A stretch of 64,000 bases of DNA, taken from NCBI GenBank assembly GCA_016839815.1, contig JAEOTM010000032.1, positions 66,879 through 130,878 on the forward strand, given 5' to 3'. Shown piece after piece: positions 1 to 10,593 of the stretch. A program made the translations under genes and the position numbers. This stretch comes from Candidatus Hodarchaeota archaeon. GTDB taxonomy: Archaea; Asgardarchaeota; Heimdallarchaeia; Hodarchaeales; Hodarchaeaceae. The notes below the pieces were generated by a model. That model saw only the letters and a list, made by a program, of their open reading frames with translations. It had not been told where the DNA came from and searched no databases. Numbering within the stretch: position 1 is the stretch's first letter; each line of letters opens with the position of its first letter.

Positions 1-1173
1 ACAAATGAAAGCAATATACCGGTGGTAAATTTAGAAAAGCCTGTTGAAGTAATTAAAGGAACTCATGAAATACGTTTTACTGTAAACCATCTCACCTCAT
101 CAAGTATAACTTCCACTGAGGTTTCCATTGACAACGGTCCATGGGAAGCAGCATCTCCTGACGTTCTTGTGACAGATGGGTATCTTTATTCTTGGGATTC
201 AACATTAGAACGTGAAGGAAGTCATTTAATTCGTGCACGAGCAATTGATAACACTAGTTCTCCATATATCGGGTATTCTTCATTCATCAATGTTGAAGTT
301 GATAACCTAAATGGGACAATCCTTGTAGTGGATGATGATCTGGGTCGTGATGCTGAAGTGAGTGTTCTAGAGGCATTAGATTCGTTAGATCTTATAGATA
401 AATCTGAGATAATGCGTACTTCATCCTTTACTGAAGCAGAAATTACTGCAGAAGAGCTTACTCAATATAACTCCATTATCTGGGTTGGAAATCCTGAAAT
501 ATCTCCATTAAGTAATTCTCACATTAATTACAACGAATTTAGAGAAATTAAGAGATATTTTAATACTGATCTTGGAGAAGAACGATCCCCTGGTATTATC
601 TTTATGTCTTCATATACAATTTTTGACTTTAGCAATCAAGGAGCCGAATATCAGAATGAGTATCGAAATATCTTCCAAGCTGAATCTGTGAAAAACTTTC
701 GAGCACCAGTTGGTATGTTGCAGGGATCGCAATTCTTAGAAGATTTACCCCAGTTTACACTGGGAAATTCTGATACTCTCCGTGCAACAAGAGGAGCTGA
801 TGGTGAATTAGTCAACCTATTAGTAGGAGCTACTCCTATTCTTGTAGATATTGATCCACAATTTGCTTCCCATGACACAAAGGGATTTTTTGTAGATAAT
901 GGCCAATATAAACTTATAAATTATCAATTCCAACCTGAAATGGTTCCAAAAGAGGTTTTACCAGAATTGCTTCAACGTTCTCTTGATTATCTGTACATTC
1001 CTGCCAATGGATCGGAATTTACTACTACCACAACTCCTACTCCTTCAGTTATAGATCCTGTTCCGATTATAGGTTTTGCCACTGTAGGAGGACTAGGTGT
1101 TACAGTATTATTCTTAAAATTCAGACCAAAACCTCGCAAAGGAGAATCAATTTGGATTAAGAAGAGGGAATAA
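1..1173 (+). CDS. C-terminal part of a membrane-anchored surface protein (Ig-like domain, ILVVDDD alpha/beta domain, Thr/Pro linker, TM anchor)
   Basis: Frame is open from base 1, so it is 5'-truncated by the window. Ig-like YSWDST/IRARAID segment; TTTTTPTP linker, hydrophobic helix and basic tail. Confidence 0.75.
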   Translation, partial: TNESNIPVVNLEKPVEVIKGTHEIRFTVNHLTSSSITSTEVSIDNGPWEAASPDVLVTDGYLYSWDSTLEREGSHLIRARAIDNTSSPYIGYSSFINVEVDNLNGTILVVDDDLGRDAEVSVLEALDSLDLIDKSEIMRTSSFTEAEITAEELTQYNSIIWVGNPEISPLSNSHINYNEFREIKRYFNTDLGEERSPGIIFMSSYTIFDFSNQGAEYQNEYRNIFQAESVKNFRAPVGMLQGSQFLEDLPQFTLGNSDTLRATRGADGELVNLLVGATPILVDIDPQFASHDTKGFFVDNGQYKLINYQFQPEMVPKEVLPELLQRSLDYLYIPANGSEFTTTTTPTPSVIDPVPIIGFATVGGLGVTVLFLKFRPKPRKGESIWIKKRE

Positions 1174-1178
1174 AAGCT

Positions 1179-2105
1179 TCAGGAGATTTCCTCTGTTTCC
1201 TCAGTTAATACGGCTAAAACTATACCAATTCCTATGAAAATACCTCCAATAATTGTTGAAATTGGTAGCTCTTGGGAAAGAAAGAGAAATCCTAAAAGCG
1301 AGGCACCTGCTGCTTCTCCTAATACAGTCAACGATACAACCTGTGCTGAAAGCTTTTTCATCGAATATGTGTAGAGCGCATGACCTAATAGACTAGGCCC
1401 AATGGCTAACGCCAGAAACCATGTCATATCTGATACTGGAAAATTCCATACATTTTCTGAAAGGTACAATGAATATAGAAATAGAAAAAATGCACAAAAA
1501 GCATTTACGAAATAAGTGTATGAGATATTAGAAACTTTGAACTGACTGCGCATTTGTTTACCAATTATAAAGTAACAGGCTACACACACTGCACCAAATA
1601 GCGCTAAAATAATCCCTTCTTGGAAAGAACCAATAAATTGATCCGAAGAACCTCCAGACGCAATGAAAATTATCCCAATAAAGCAGAAAAATAACCCAAT
1701 AACTTGGTAGCGGTTGAGTGTCTCACGAAAAAGGAGAAAAGATAGAAAAATTACCCAGAGTGGAGAGGAATTGACTACAATCACTGAGGCGGCTACTGTA
1801 GTATATTCCAAACTCTGCATCCATGAAAAAAAGTGTAACGAGAGAAAAAATCCTGCTAAAATGAAGTATTTCATGTGATCGATCGTTAAGACTTGATAAA
1901 ACTGTGTTCGTATCTCGGTCAGAAACAATAGGGGACTAAGTAAAAGAACAACTAAAAACATTCTCCAAAATGCGTCAAGGATTGGTGGAGATTTACTAGT
2001 AACAATAAAGATCGAGGCTCCAGAAACAGCCAATGTAGCAATAATTAAAGCTAAATATTCGTATCTGACTGGAAATTTGTTTGTGATTTGAGATATTTCT
2101 TTCAT
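1179..2105 (-). CDS. EamA/DMT family transporter
   Basis: About 10 TM helices in two EamA repeats (SLEYTTVAASVIVVNSSP; GPSLLGH...GEA). ATG at 2105 preferred over TTG at 2171. Confidence 0.9.
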   Translation of the reverse strand: MKEISQITNKFPVRYEYLALIIATLAVSGASIFIVTSKSPPILDAFWRMFLVVLLLSPLLFLTEIRTQFYQVLTIDHMKYFILAGFFLSLHFFSWMQSLEYTTVAASVIVVNSSPLWVIFLSFLLFRETLNRYQVIGLFFCFIGIIFIASGGSSDQFIGSFQEGIILALFGAVCVACYFIIGKQMRSQFKVSNISYTYFVNAFCAFFLFLYSLYLSENVWNFPVSDMTWFLALAIGPSLLGHALYTYSMKKLSAQVVSLTVLGEAAGASLLGFLFLSQELPISTIIGGIFIGIGIVLAVLTEETEEIS

Positions 2106-2190
2106 CGTCTGATTTTTGGGAATAAACACTAATAACTTTTCTGGAGTACGAAATTCATTGGACTTTGACAATTCAGAGAGTTAAGTCGTT

Positions 2191-3063
2191 ATGTCAATGG
2201 ATAATAATACCTTACCAAGAATTGGAGCTCATAAATCCATTGCAAATGGCATAGATAAGGCAATTGATCGTGGATTACAGAGCACTTGTGAGTGTTTACA
2301 AATTTTCACAAGACCCCCAAGACGTTGGGATGCAGGAAAAACTACTCTCAATGATAAACAGGTTGGATATTTTTTAAATAAATCTAAAAAGGCAAACTAT
2401 TTCGATACCGCAATTCATATGCCCTATCTACCTAATCTTTCTTCCCCAGAAGAGAATCTATACTATAGATCTATTAAAGTCCTCCAAGAAGAGATAAATA
2501 CTTCACACCTCCTCAAATGTCCATATGTAATTACTCATCTTGGTAGTCCAAAGCTAGAAACCCGAAAATTCGCCGTGAAACGTGTAGTGAATGCGATTAA
2601 CAAGATTAGCGAAACACAGATTTCTCCTACTATGATTTTATTAGAAAATTCTACAGCGAAAAAAAGGGAATGGGGAAAAAAGATTGAAGATCTTGTTGAA
2701 GTGATAAACACAGTTGACTCACCTCAACTTGTTGGAATATGCTTAGATACAGCGCATGCGTATGCATCTGGATACGAAATTTCGATTCCTGAAACACTGC
2801 ATGAGGTTTTTGATCAGATTGACTCTCTAGTAGGAACCGATAAAGTCCGAATTATTCATGTGAATGATTCGAAAGGACAACATAATTCAGGAATTGATCA
2901 TCATGAACATATTGGACGGGGAAATATCGGTCTTGAATGTTTTAGGGAATTAATGCAACACCCACGTTTTAAGAAAATTTCCATGATTTTAGAAACTCCT
3001 AAAGATAATCAAACCAATGATAAAGACAATCTCACCCTACTTAGGAGTCTAAGAAAAAATTAA
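2191..3063 (+). CDS. nfo: Endonuclease IV (AP endonuclease)
   Basis: IGAH, HMPYL.NL, HLGS, LLEN, CLDTAH, HVNDS, DHHEHIG.G.IG and LETP motifs. Confidence 0.95.
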   Translation: MSMDNNTLPRIGAHKSIANGIDKAIDRGLQSTCECLQIFTRPPRRWDAGKTTLNDKQVGYFLNKSKKANYFDTAIHMPYLPNLSSPEENLYYRSIKVLQEEINTSHLLKCPYVITHLGSPKLETRKFAVKRVVNAINKISETQISPTMILLENSTAKKREWGKKIEDLVEVINTVDSPQLVGICLDTAHAYASGYEISIPETLHEVFDQIDSLVGTDKVRIIHVNDSKGQHNSGIDHHEHIGRGNIGLECFRELMQHPRFKKISMILETPKDNQTNDKDNLTLLRSLRKN

Positions 3064-3101
3064 ATTTATTGAAGGAATAGATGAATTAAGGTGGCTCGGA
3101 A

Positions 3102-3668
3102 ATGAAAGAATCTGAAATTGACCTGAAGACAGCTTATCGATTTTTATATCCACGATTCACAATTGTTGTTTCATCAGGAACGCTTACTAACCCAAATGCA
3201 TTAGCTATCGCATGGTCAACCCCTTTGTCGGCTGATCCTCCATTAGTTGGTGTTCTAATTTCAGAAAAACGGTATTCTTACGAGATAATAAAAAAAGAGA
3301 AGTGTTTTGTGGTAAATGTCCCAAATTTCAATCTTATTGATGAAACGCATTATGTAGGAAGAATCTCGGGGCGTGATGAACCAAATAAGGTTGAAAAAGC
3401 TGGTTTTACATTGGAAGTATCAAAAAAAGTCTCAGCACCAAGTATTAAAGAATGCAAAATTAATTTAGAGTGTACCCTTACAGATATCATAACCACTGGT
3501 GACCATGAAATGTTCATTGGAGAAATCATAGCAATTTCGGTTGATTCAGATATCCGTGACAGCTGGTCGTACAATATTGCCAAATATGAATCACTCTATT
3601 GGAGACAATCAAAGTTTAGGAATGATGTCTATCGTCTAAAAGTATTGAATGAGGAAGAAAAGACTTGA
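3102..3668 (+). CDS. Flavin reductase-like FMN-binding protein
   Basis: S.DPPLV, ISGRD..K, NLEC and GDHEMFIGEI motifs. Confidence 0.9.
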   Translation: MKESEIDLKTAYRFLYPRFTIVVSSGTLTNPNALAIAWSTPLSADPPLVGVLISEKRYSYEIIKKEKCFVVNVPNFNLIDETHYVGRISGRDEPNKVEKAGFTLEVSKKVSAPSIKECKINLECTLTDIITTGDHEMFIGEIIAISVDSDIRDSWSYNIAKYESLYWRQSKFRNDVYRLKVLNEEEKT

Positions 3669-4690
3669 ACTCACTTTCTCACGAATTAACGGTGGAAGAT
3701 CAAACTGTATTCTTTCAATCCGCAGAGAATATGGAAAATATTGAATCTAGCTCAGTAACCCTAGTTGTTACTTCACCTCCTTATTGGAATGTAAGAAATT
3801 ATGGTTCAGAGCAAATCGGATTCGGTCAAAGTTATACAGATTACATTAAATCGCTTGAAAAGGTATGGAAGGAATGTGAACGAGTTCTTCAGCCAAATGG
3901 AAAGATAGCTATTAATGTTCAGCCACTACCGATTGATAGTAAACATTCTGGATTTGGTCGTCGCGTTATTTTGAACATAATGTTCGATATTGAACGATAT
4001 TTTTGTAGGGAAAATCAATTTTATTTATCTGGAATGCACTATTGGGATAAAGCACCATATATTTCAAATGTATCTTGGGGAAGTTATCCTAAACCCACTA
4101 ATATTGCCTCTAATACAAGTTTTGAGCAAATATTCGTTTTTGTGAAGAAAGGAAAAACGCGCAAAGTCTCATCGAGTATTATGCAAAAGAGTTTATTATC
4201 AAAAGATGAGTGGAGACATTTCGCTGTACGAGGAATTTGGGATGATATCGCGCCTGTAATTAAAATTGACTCAAAGGGTGTAAACAAATTTGGTCATTCT
4301 GCACCATTTCCAGAAGAAATCCCCTATCGAATCATTAAAATGCATACTGCTCTAGGTGAAACAGTTCTCGACCCGTTTCTAGGCTCAGGAACAACATTGA
4401 AAATCTGTCGAATTACAGGAAGAAAAGGAATAGGATTTGAAATTAATCAGGAGTATAGAGAATTAATAAAAACCAGAATTCTTGAAGACTGGCCTATCCC
4501 TTCGATCGAAGGGCAGTACAAGACAATAGGAACCACATTTTTTTATGAGACTCTACGTCATGTTCATCAGTGGATCTCTCACGATCCAACAATGTCATTA
4601 GGTGATGTAATTTCCAAAATTCAGAAAAAGTACCCCAAGAAATATACTAAATCTTGGGTATCACATTTAAAGACTTTAATGGAAGATTAG
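3665..4690 (+). CDS. Beta-class DNA amino-methyltransferase (N4-C/N6-A), apparently orphan
   Basis: VTSPPYW precedes HSAPFP and VLDPFLGSGTT; overlaps the upstream stop by 4 nt. Confidence 0.9.
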   Translation: MNSLSHELTVEDQTVFFQSAENMENIESSSVTLVVTSPPYWNVRNYGSEQIGFGQSYTDYIKSLEKVWKECERVLQPNGKIAINVQPLPIDSKHSGFGRRVILNIMFDIERYFCRENQFYLSGMHYWDKAPYISNVSWGSYPKPTNIASNTSFEQIFVFVKKGKTRKVSSSIMQKSLLSKDEWRHFAVRGIWDDIAPVIKIDSKGVNKFGHSAPFPEEIPYRIIKMHTALGETVLDPFLGSGTTLKICRITGRKGIGFEINQEYRELIKTRILEDWPIPSIEGQYKTIGTTFFYETLRHVHQWISHDPTMSLGDVISKIQKKYPKKYTKSWVSHLKTLMED

Positions 4691-5009
4691 TAACCACAAA
4701 TGAAAATGGTGATATCTATATTAAGAATTTCTTACCAATTTTGTTCTAAAGACTGATTTTGATAAAAGAATTGGTAAATATAATCGATATACCAGAAATG
4801 TCAGAATCAAATCAGGTTAAACTACTTAAAAACCCATTATTAATTTTTCATACGAATTTGAAAATCATTCTCCATATTGAGTACTATACACTGAGCTATC
4901 ATCATCTAGTAAGCTAGTGAATTTCTAAATTCCACTTCATTTCATGAAGACCCTATACAAGAATAGTAAACTTGCTAGGTAAAGTTAAATCCCAAAACAA
5001 AGGAATAAC

Positions 5010-5017
5010 TTTATAAA
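5010..5017 (+). promoter_or_regulatory. TATA box of the histone gene
   Basis: TTTATAAA with a purine-rich BRE-like stretch upstream; SD AAGGTGA lies before ATG 5085. Confidence 0.6.
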
Positions 5018-5084
5018 GAGTGGAAAATTCAAAGTGAATGTCGAATAAATATCGACAGATTTTTCGAGAAAAAGGTGAAAAAAT

Positions 5085-5288
5085 ATGGCAGGATTTGCAA
5101 GTGCTCGCGTAGAGAAACTTATTCGTAATGCTGGTGCACGTCGTGTATCCGCAGATGCAATTGCTCGTCTTAATGAGGTTTTAACCGATTATGGTATGAA
5201 CCTCGCTAAATACGCAGTTGAAATTGCCCGTCACTCTGGTCGAAAGACCGTTAAGGAAAATGACGTTAAATTAGCCGCAACCAAATAA
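5085..5288 (+). CDS. Archaeal histone (HMf fold, tail-less)
   Basis: RVSADA and HSGRKTVKENDV histone-fold signatures; 67 aa. Confidence 0.97.
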   Translation: MAGFASARVEKLIRNAGARRVSADAIARLNEVLTDYGMNLAKYAVEIARHSGRKTVKENDVKLAATK

Positions 5289-5328
5289 GGTTAACACTAA
5301 TTACACGTTCTTATATCCTTTATCCCCC

Positions 5329-5336
5329 TTTTTTTT
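5329..5336 (+). terminator. Oligo-T terminator of the histone gene
   Basis: T-run about 40 nt after the stop. Confidence 0.55.
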
Positions 5337-5376
5337 ATACTAAACAACCTGACAGATAATAGTGAGCAATGAAAAA

Positions 5377-5790
5377 TTAGTTTTCAATCGGGCGTTCTTC
5401 CCGTGTAACCGATTTAAGTTTTTCAGTTTGAAGTTGCTGTATTCGATCTATTTCAGCGAGTAGATTGCGTATACTAGTTGGTTTAGTAAAAAAGCCAATA
5501 GCACCCGATTCCAATGCTTCTTTTTCAACACGTTTTTCCGCAGAAACAAACAAAACTTTAGCATGAGGATTTTTCTTTAATATTTCTTTCATAGCAACGA
5601 GGCCATCAAGAACTGGCATACGATAATCCATGATAATAATATCTGGCTTAATAGGAAGTTCTGAGAATTTTTCAATCGCTTCTTTCCCGTTACTGGCACT
5701 ATCTACAACATCGTGACCTTCCATCATTAATAATTTGGAATAGATCATGAGTAAATCTCTTTCATCGTCTACTAAGAGAATCCGTGCCAT
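5377..5790 (-). CDS. Stand-alone response regulator receiver protein
   Basis: ILLVDDE, IMDYRMP.LDG, FVSA and FTKP motifs. Confidence 0.95.
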   Translation of the reverse strand: MARILLVDDERDLLMIYSKLLMMEGHDVVDSASNGKEAIEKFSELPIKPDIIIMDYRMPVLDGLVAMKEILKKNPHAKVLFVSAEKRVEKEALESGAIGFFTKPTSIRNLLAEIDRIQQLQTEKLKSVTREERPIEN

Positions 5791-6028
5791 TATTAATCCT
5801 CAATCTGATAGAATATATCGATTTAATGCGATTTTTTTTTTGAGAATAACATTTAGGGTGTCATGTTTAGTAATTTCTATATTGCGTCACTATATTTATT
5901 AAACTCACTATATAAATTCGAAGAATTATAAGAAAATACTGTGAAGGGATTCATTCTCTTTCTAATTATGATACTCACATTAAGCAAAAATGATTTTATT
6001 AAATTGAAGGAGTTACTAGAGTTTTAGC

Positions 6029-6628
6029 CTAGATTAAATCTAACGCATCTTTCAATTGATCTTTTTCTTTGTCTGTAAGGCCTTCCTTGCTAGGAATTAA
6101 CAAATCAGATTCCCCTGTAAGGGACATAGAAATCTGGAGTGATTTATCAAGATAGTAAGAAGCTTTTTCTTCCATCTTTTTATGCTTATAAGCAGCTGAA
6201 ATAATATATAAACTAGTAGCAATTCCCTTTACATATCCGATATCCTGAGTGACTTCTAAAGCTTCCTCAGTGAAATCAAAGGCCTTTATGAAATCCTTTC
6301 TCTCCATAGCAAGGACCCAAGCTAAATTCAACAACGCCTCAGCCGTCCCACGTTTATATTTGTGCACACGAGCGTTTGTTAATGCTGTAGCTGTTACTTC
6401 CAAGAATTGCTCGAATGCGTTGTTCTTCCAATGAAGAATACCAAGAGCATTCTGAACATCAATTTCAGGGATAACACTTTCCAGTTTAGCTGCTTCTTTT
6501 AGTGTCTCTTCTAATAGTAAAATCGCTTTTGAATAAGCTCCTTCTTCTGCAAGGGAAACAGATTTATTTAGTATCGCCTTGAACTTATCGATTACCTTGG
6601 GGTCGAGTTTTTTCTTCTGGTCGGCCAT
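6029..6628 (-). CDS. TPR (MalT-like) repeat protein
   Basis: NALG, GTAEALLNLA and GIATSLYII helical repeats. ATG at 6628 preferred. Confidence 0.75.
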   Translation of the reverse strand: MADQKKKLDPKVIDKFKAILNKSVSLAEEGAYSKAILLLEETLKEAAKLESVIPEIDVQNALGILHWKNNAFEQFLEVTATALTNARVHKYKRGTAEALLNLAWVLAMERKDFIKAFDFTEEALEVTQDIGYVKGIATSLYIISAAYKHKKMEEKASYYLDKSLQISMSLTGESDLLIPSKEGLTDKEKDQLKDALDLI

Positions 6629-6887
6629 TTTGCTCACTTTGCGAGCTCTGAGAAGCAATCTGTTCCTTACTTCTGTATTCCTTTGCTATTCAGCAGCGGT
6701 TTTCTGAATTCATTACTACGTCTTTTTCATATTGCACTACCTAAATAATATTTCCTATTAGAGTTCACTCTTTGATGACCAATACACATACACTTTTTGA
6801 GATCTAGTACAAAATGATGGATTTCAACTATCATTATTGGGTGGTATGTTTAGTACCTGAATTCTAGGCCGTGGATGGTGTAAAATA

Positions 6888-7604
6888 GTGCAATGCTCAG
6901 GAAATTATGTGGTGGGAAAATTTCTTAACAGGCCAAATAGATTTCTTGCTGAAATTCAAATTTCTCCTTCAGAAGAAGTTCATTTAGCTCATGTCCCTGA
7001 TCCTGGTCGTTTACGTGAACTACTAATTCCAAGTGTACAGGTCCTTCTAGAAAAACATGATAATCCAAGAAGAAAAACTAGATTCTCTTTAGTAGGAGTG
7101 AATTATAATTCTACCTGGGTGAATATAGATTCACAGCTCAGTAATCGTCTTTTCAAAGAGGAATATTATAAGATTAAGCGGTATCAGGGATTTAAGCTAT
7201 TAAAATCAGAGTTCACTTTTCAAAAATCGAGATTTGACTTTCTGATGGAGGATCGAACTGACACACTAGATTCCAAGAAAGTATTGATTGAAGTTAAAAG
7301 TGCAACACTGGTAAAGGGAACTACTGCGATGTTTCCTGATGCACCGACATTACGAGGAACTCGACATGTAAAGGAACTTATTGACGCTTTATCCTGTGGG
7401 TATAGTGCTGAGATAGTATTTTTAACAAAACGAAACGACGCTAAGAATTTCAAACCATATAAGGAGATGGATCCGCCTTTTTATGAGGCCCTAGTGCAAG
7501 CAAAAGCGGTAGGAGTTAATTTATGCGCAATAATTTGTATTTACGACCCAATTGTATCAAAAACAATATCAATCTTAAAAGAGATTCCCATAATTGGTGT
7601 TTAA
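6888..7604 (+). CDS. sfsA: SfsA DNA/RNA nuclease
   Basis: RPNRF, HVPDPGRL.EL, SRFDF, IEVKS and FPDAPT.RG.RH motifs. Confidence 0.95.
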   Translation: MQCSGNYVVGKFLNRPNRFLAEIQISPSEEVHLAHVPDPGRLRELLIPSVQVLLEKHDNPRRKTRFSLVGVNYNSTWVNIDSQLSNRLFKEEYYKIKRYQGFKLLKSEFTFQKSRFDFLMEDRTDTLDSKKVLIEVKSATLVKGTTAMFPDAPTLRGTRHVKELIDALSCGYSAEIVFLTKRNDAKNFKPYKEMDPPFYEALVQAKAVGVNLCAIICIYDPIVSKTISILKEIPIIGV

Positions 7605-7788
7605 ACTTATATGGTTTTAAAATGGGAATATTAATCCATTTTTAACTTTATTTTCAGGTTCTCCTCGATGAAGGTTAAAAATATTTCATTTTCTTGATTT
7701 CAGGAGCTTTGAAAACGAATAAACTATGGAATATTACTTAAACGTAGGTTTTTCACACATTTATATTAAGTCATAGAAATCGCTAAGA

Positions 7789-8904
7789 ATGACGGTAACG
7801 AGAGTGTGGGAACATGTTATTGCCCATGTGGATCTAGACGCCTTTTTCGCGAGTGTACATATAAAAATTTCTCCTTTTTTAAAGTCTTATCCTGTTATAA
7901 TTGGTTCAGATCCTCAAGCAGGGAAAGGAAGGGGTGTTGTATCTACATGTTCCTACGAAGCAAGAAAATTTGGGCTTCATTCTGGAATGCCAATTTCAAC
8001 AGCATATAGACTCTGTCCAGATGGAATATATGTCTGTTCAGGGAGAGAGGTTTCCTTTACTAATTATCATTCAGAATCTGAAAAAGTAATGGCCATTCTA
8101 AAGCATTATAGTCCTATATTCCAAAGTGCGGGTTTGGATGAGGCGTATTTAGACATAACTAATGAATGGACTAAGTATGGAGACACTCCAGAAGCAATCG
8201 CTCTAGATATTCAGTCAAGGATCCAGAAAGAACTCGCACTACCAATTTCAGTAGGTATTTCAGAGACAAAGTCAATTGCAAAAATTGCTTCTGATCTAAA
8301 CAAACCCAACGGAATCGCAATAGTGCCGAATGAAAAGATACCTGAAATTCTTTACTCCTTACCAGTAAGAAAAATTATTGGAGTGGGGAAAAAAACCGAA
8401 CAGGTTCTTATCCGTAAGGGTTTAAAGACAATCGGAGATATCGCGCTTACTTCCCGAGAAAAACTCTTCCTCTTGTTAGGAGATTATGGTTTACATTTAC
8501 AAAAAGTTGTTCATGGGAAGAATTTTCGTCCTGTTGGTTACTTTAGAGGGGAGAGAAAATCAATAAGTTCAGAAAGAACCTTTCGAACAGATCAAAATGA
8601 CTGGAATATTATAGATTCTAAGGTCAGAGAAATCACAAAGAAACTAGTGAATAGGTTACAGAAGTATCATCTTTTGACAAGAACAATTAGCATCAAAATT
8701 CGTTTCGAAGGATATGTCACATACACCCGTAGTTCTAGCTTTACGAATTATCTCAACGCTAAATCAGTTATTCTGAGAAAGACAAACTCTTTATTAGAAG
8801 AATTTAGAACATCACCCAAAAAAGTTCGTTTAATCGGAGTTAGAGTATCGAATTTAAAGAAACAAGGTGGTCAAAAGGAATTATCTCTATTTCTTCTCGA
8901 ATGA
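7789..8904 (+). CDS. dinB: Y-family DNA polymerase IV
   Basis: HVDLDAFFASV, SYEARKFG..SGMP, LDEAYLD, AKIASD..KPNG and VRLIGV motifs. Confidence 0.97.
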   Translation: MTVTRVWEHVIAHVDLDAFFASVHIKISPFLKSYPVIIGSDPQAGKGRGVVSTCSYEARKFGLHSGMPISTAYRLCPDGIYVCSGREVSFTNYHSESEKVMAILKHYSPIFQSAGLDEAYLDITNEWTKYGDTPEAIALDIQSRIQKELALPISVGISETKSIAKIASDLNKPNGIAIVPNEKIPEILYSLPVRKIIGVGKKTEQVLIRKGLKTIGDIALTSREKLFLLLGDYGLHLQKVVHGKNFRPVGYFRGERKSISSERTFRTDQNDWNIIDSKVREITKKLVNRLQKYHLLTRTISIKIRFEGYVTYTRSSSFTNYLNAKSVILRKTNSLLEEFRTSPKKVRLIGVRVSNLKKQGGQKELSLFLLE

Positions 8905-9027
8905 AGAAAATAAGTCAGATTTAACTCAAATTACTCCATCATCTAGCTCTGAGTATTCAAGAACCTTAAAAAAATTTAAGCACCTAGACAACATTATCTC
9001 AATGTAATTATACCGAGGTTTCCTACA

Positions 9028-10593
9028 ATGGTATACCGATTATCAAAAATGCGTTTTAAAACACAAATACTCTTTTTCTGTGTAATATGGATATTTTCAG
9101 CTATTCTAGCGATTTCAGGTGCAATGGTCATCACTACTGCAGCCATCCTACCAAGCACTCCTTATGATATCCGAGAAAACCCATTAGTTAGCGAGATTAG
9201 ACAAGATATGGGTCCTTGGCAAAATTGGAATTATTATAATGAAGAATCTGGAATGTGGTATCAACATGTAACCGTTCAAGATCAGGAAGGAAAATTAGTG
9301 GCATATGAGTCAGGAGGAGATCGGATTCCTGACTTTCGGCCATATCGACTAGAAGAAGTGAGAGAGAATGGATTGGTAGTCTTTTTCACAGATGTAAAAA
9401 TTCTTAACTTCTTTTACAATGACCCTAACACAAATAATTTTACACACTATGCCGTGAATATCGGTTTTCGTGAAGCGATATGGGTAGATATTGTTAGACA
9501 TGAGTTAATCCCCCACTATCAGCCTCATAAATCATTTCCAATTTTTCTTGCAGGTGCAGACGGAACAACAAGTGGAGCTGATCGTGCTGAAGAAGAGTCC
9601 CTAGGGAAGTACTACGTTGTCAGTAATCGACCAATTTTAGATTGGTTAAAACAAATAATTACTGAGATCAGTGAGAATTTTGTTAGAGAGTTCTTTTTTG
9701 TGGGAAATTTACTACTAATTACAGTAGCAGTTGGTGGAGGAGCTAGTATTCTCACATCCTTTGCATTGATAATATTTCGTATCGTACGTCTTTTAGGAGG
9801 TAGGTTTTGGACATATACCGTATTAAAAATGCTAAATGGTAGAACCGGTAAGATAATTGGATATATTCCTTTCTTTGACTTTGATGGTGAGACATACATT
9901 GAAGAAAGCTTTGTAAATACCATCAATCTTTCAGGTGTTCGGTCTACACTTGGGGAATTATATAGACAGAGAGCTTATGATATCTTATTCTTTCCTACAG
10001 CATTAGCAGCTATTCTTACAATATTTTTTGTGCAAAATTCTCCCCTTGAAAATAAATCTCTTGCCCTTGCTTGGAGTCCTATTCTTTCTCCGTTTGTCTT
10101 ACTTATTCTGATGTTTTATTTCCCAGTTATTTGGAGTTTTAATGAAGGTGGATTTAAACGTATTCAATCAAGTCCACAAGGAGATCTTATTGCCGTAAAA
10201 CCTCTTGGGAAAATATTAAGAGATGGATTAGGTATTATCTTTGGATTTTCTGGCTTAATATCACTTGGAGCACTAGCAATTCAAGTAACAGAGAGTTTTG
10301 CGGGTCAAGCTACTTCCTCTGAAGGTATTCAAGTAGCTGGATTCTCCTTGGACTTATTTGGAATCGCATTACTTGTACTATGGACAATTGGCCTTTTTCT
10401 GATTCTTCTTGCATCAGTACTTGTTGGTGCATCATTGATTGCAGTTGCATACCTTCAATCAACTCATCTAAACACCATTAAAGAACTAAGAGAAAGAGCT
10501 GAAAAAGATAAAGTGATAAGTAACTTTGGATCTCTATCCACCCAATTCAAACCTAAAGGTATCGAAACGATCTATTCTATCGATAATGAATGA
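9028..10593 (+). CDS. Multi-pass membrane protein of unknown function
   Basis: 521-aa ORF with an N-terminal TM helix, an extracellular domain and about 5 further TM helices. Confidence 0.7.
   Translation: MVYRLSKMRFKTQILFFCVIWIFSAILAISGAMVITTAAILPSTPYDIRENPLVSEIRQDMGPWQNWNYYNEESGMWYQHVTVQDQEGKLVAYESGGDRIPDFRPYRLEEVRENGLVVFFTDVKILNFFYNDPNTNNFTHYAVNIGFREAIWVDIVRHELIPHYQPHKSFPIFLAGADGTTSGADRAEEESLGKYYVVSNRPILDWLKQIITEISENFVREFFFVGNLLLITVAVGGGASILTSFALIIFRIVRLLGGRFWTYTVLKMLNGRTGKIIGYIPFFDFDGETYIEESFVNTINLSGVRSTLGELYRQRAYDILFFPTALAAILTIFFVQNSPLENKSLALAWSPILSPFVLLILMFYFPVIWSFNEGGFKRIQSSPQGDLIAVKPLGKILRDGLGIIFGFSGLISLGALAIQVTESFAGQATSSEGIQVAGFSLDLFGIALLVLWTIGLFLILLASVLVGASLIAVAYLQSTHLNTIKELRERAEKDKVISNFGSLSTQFKPKGIETIYSIDNE

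Noticed and set aside
4732-4777. Inverted repeat TTACCAATT...AATTGGTAA after the MTase
   Set aside because: AT-rich 9-bp arms; could be a terminator or chance, with no further support.
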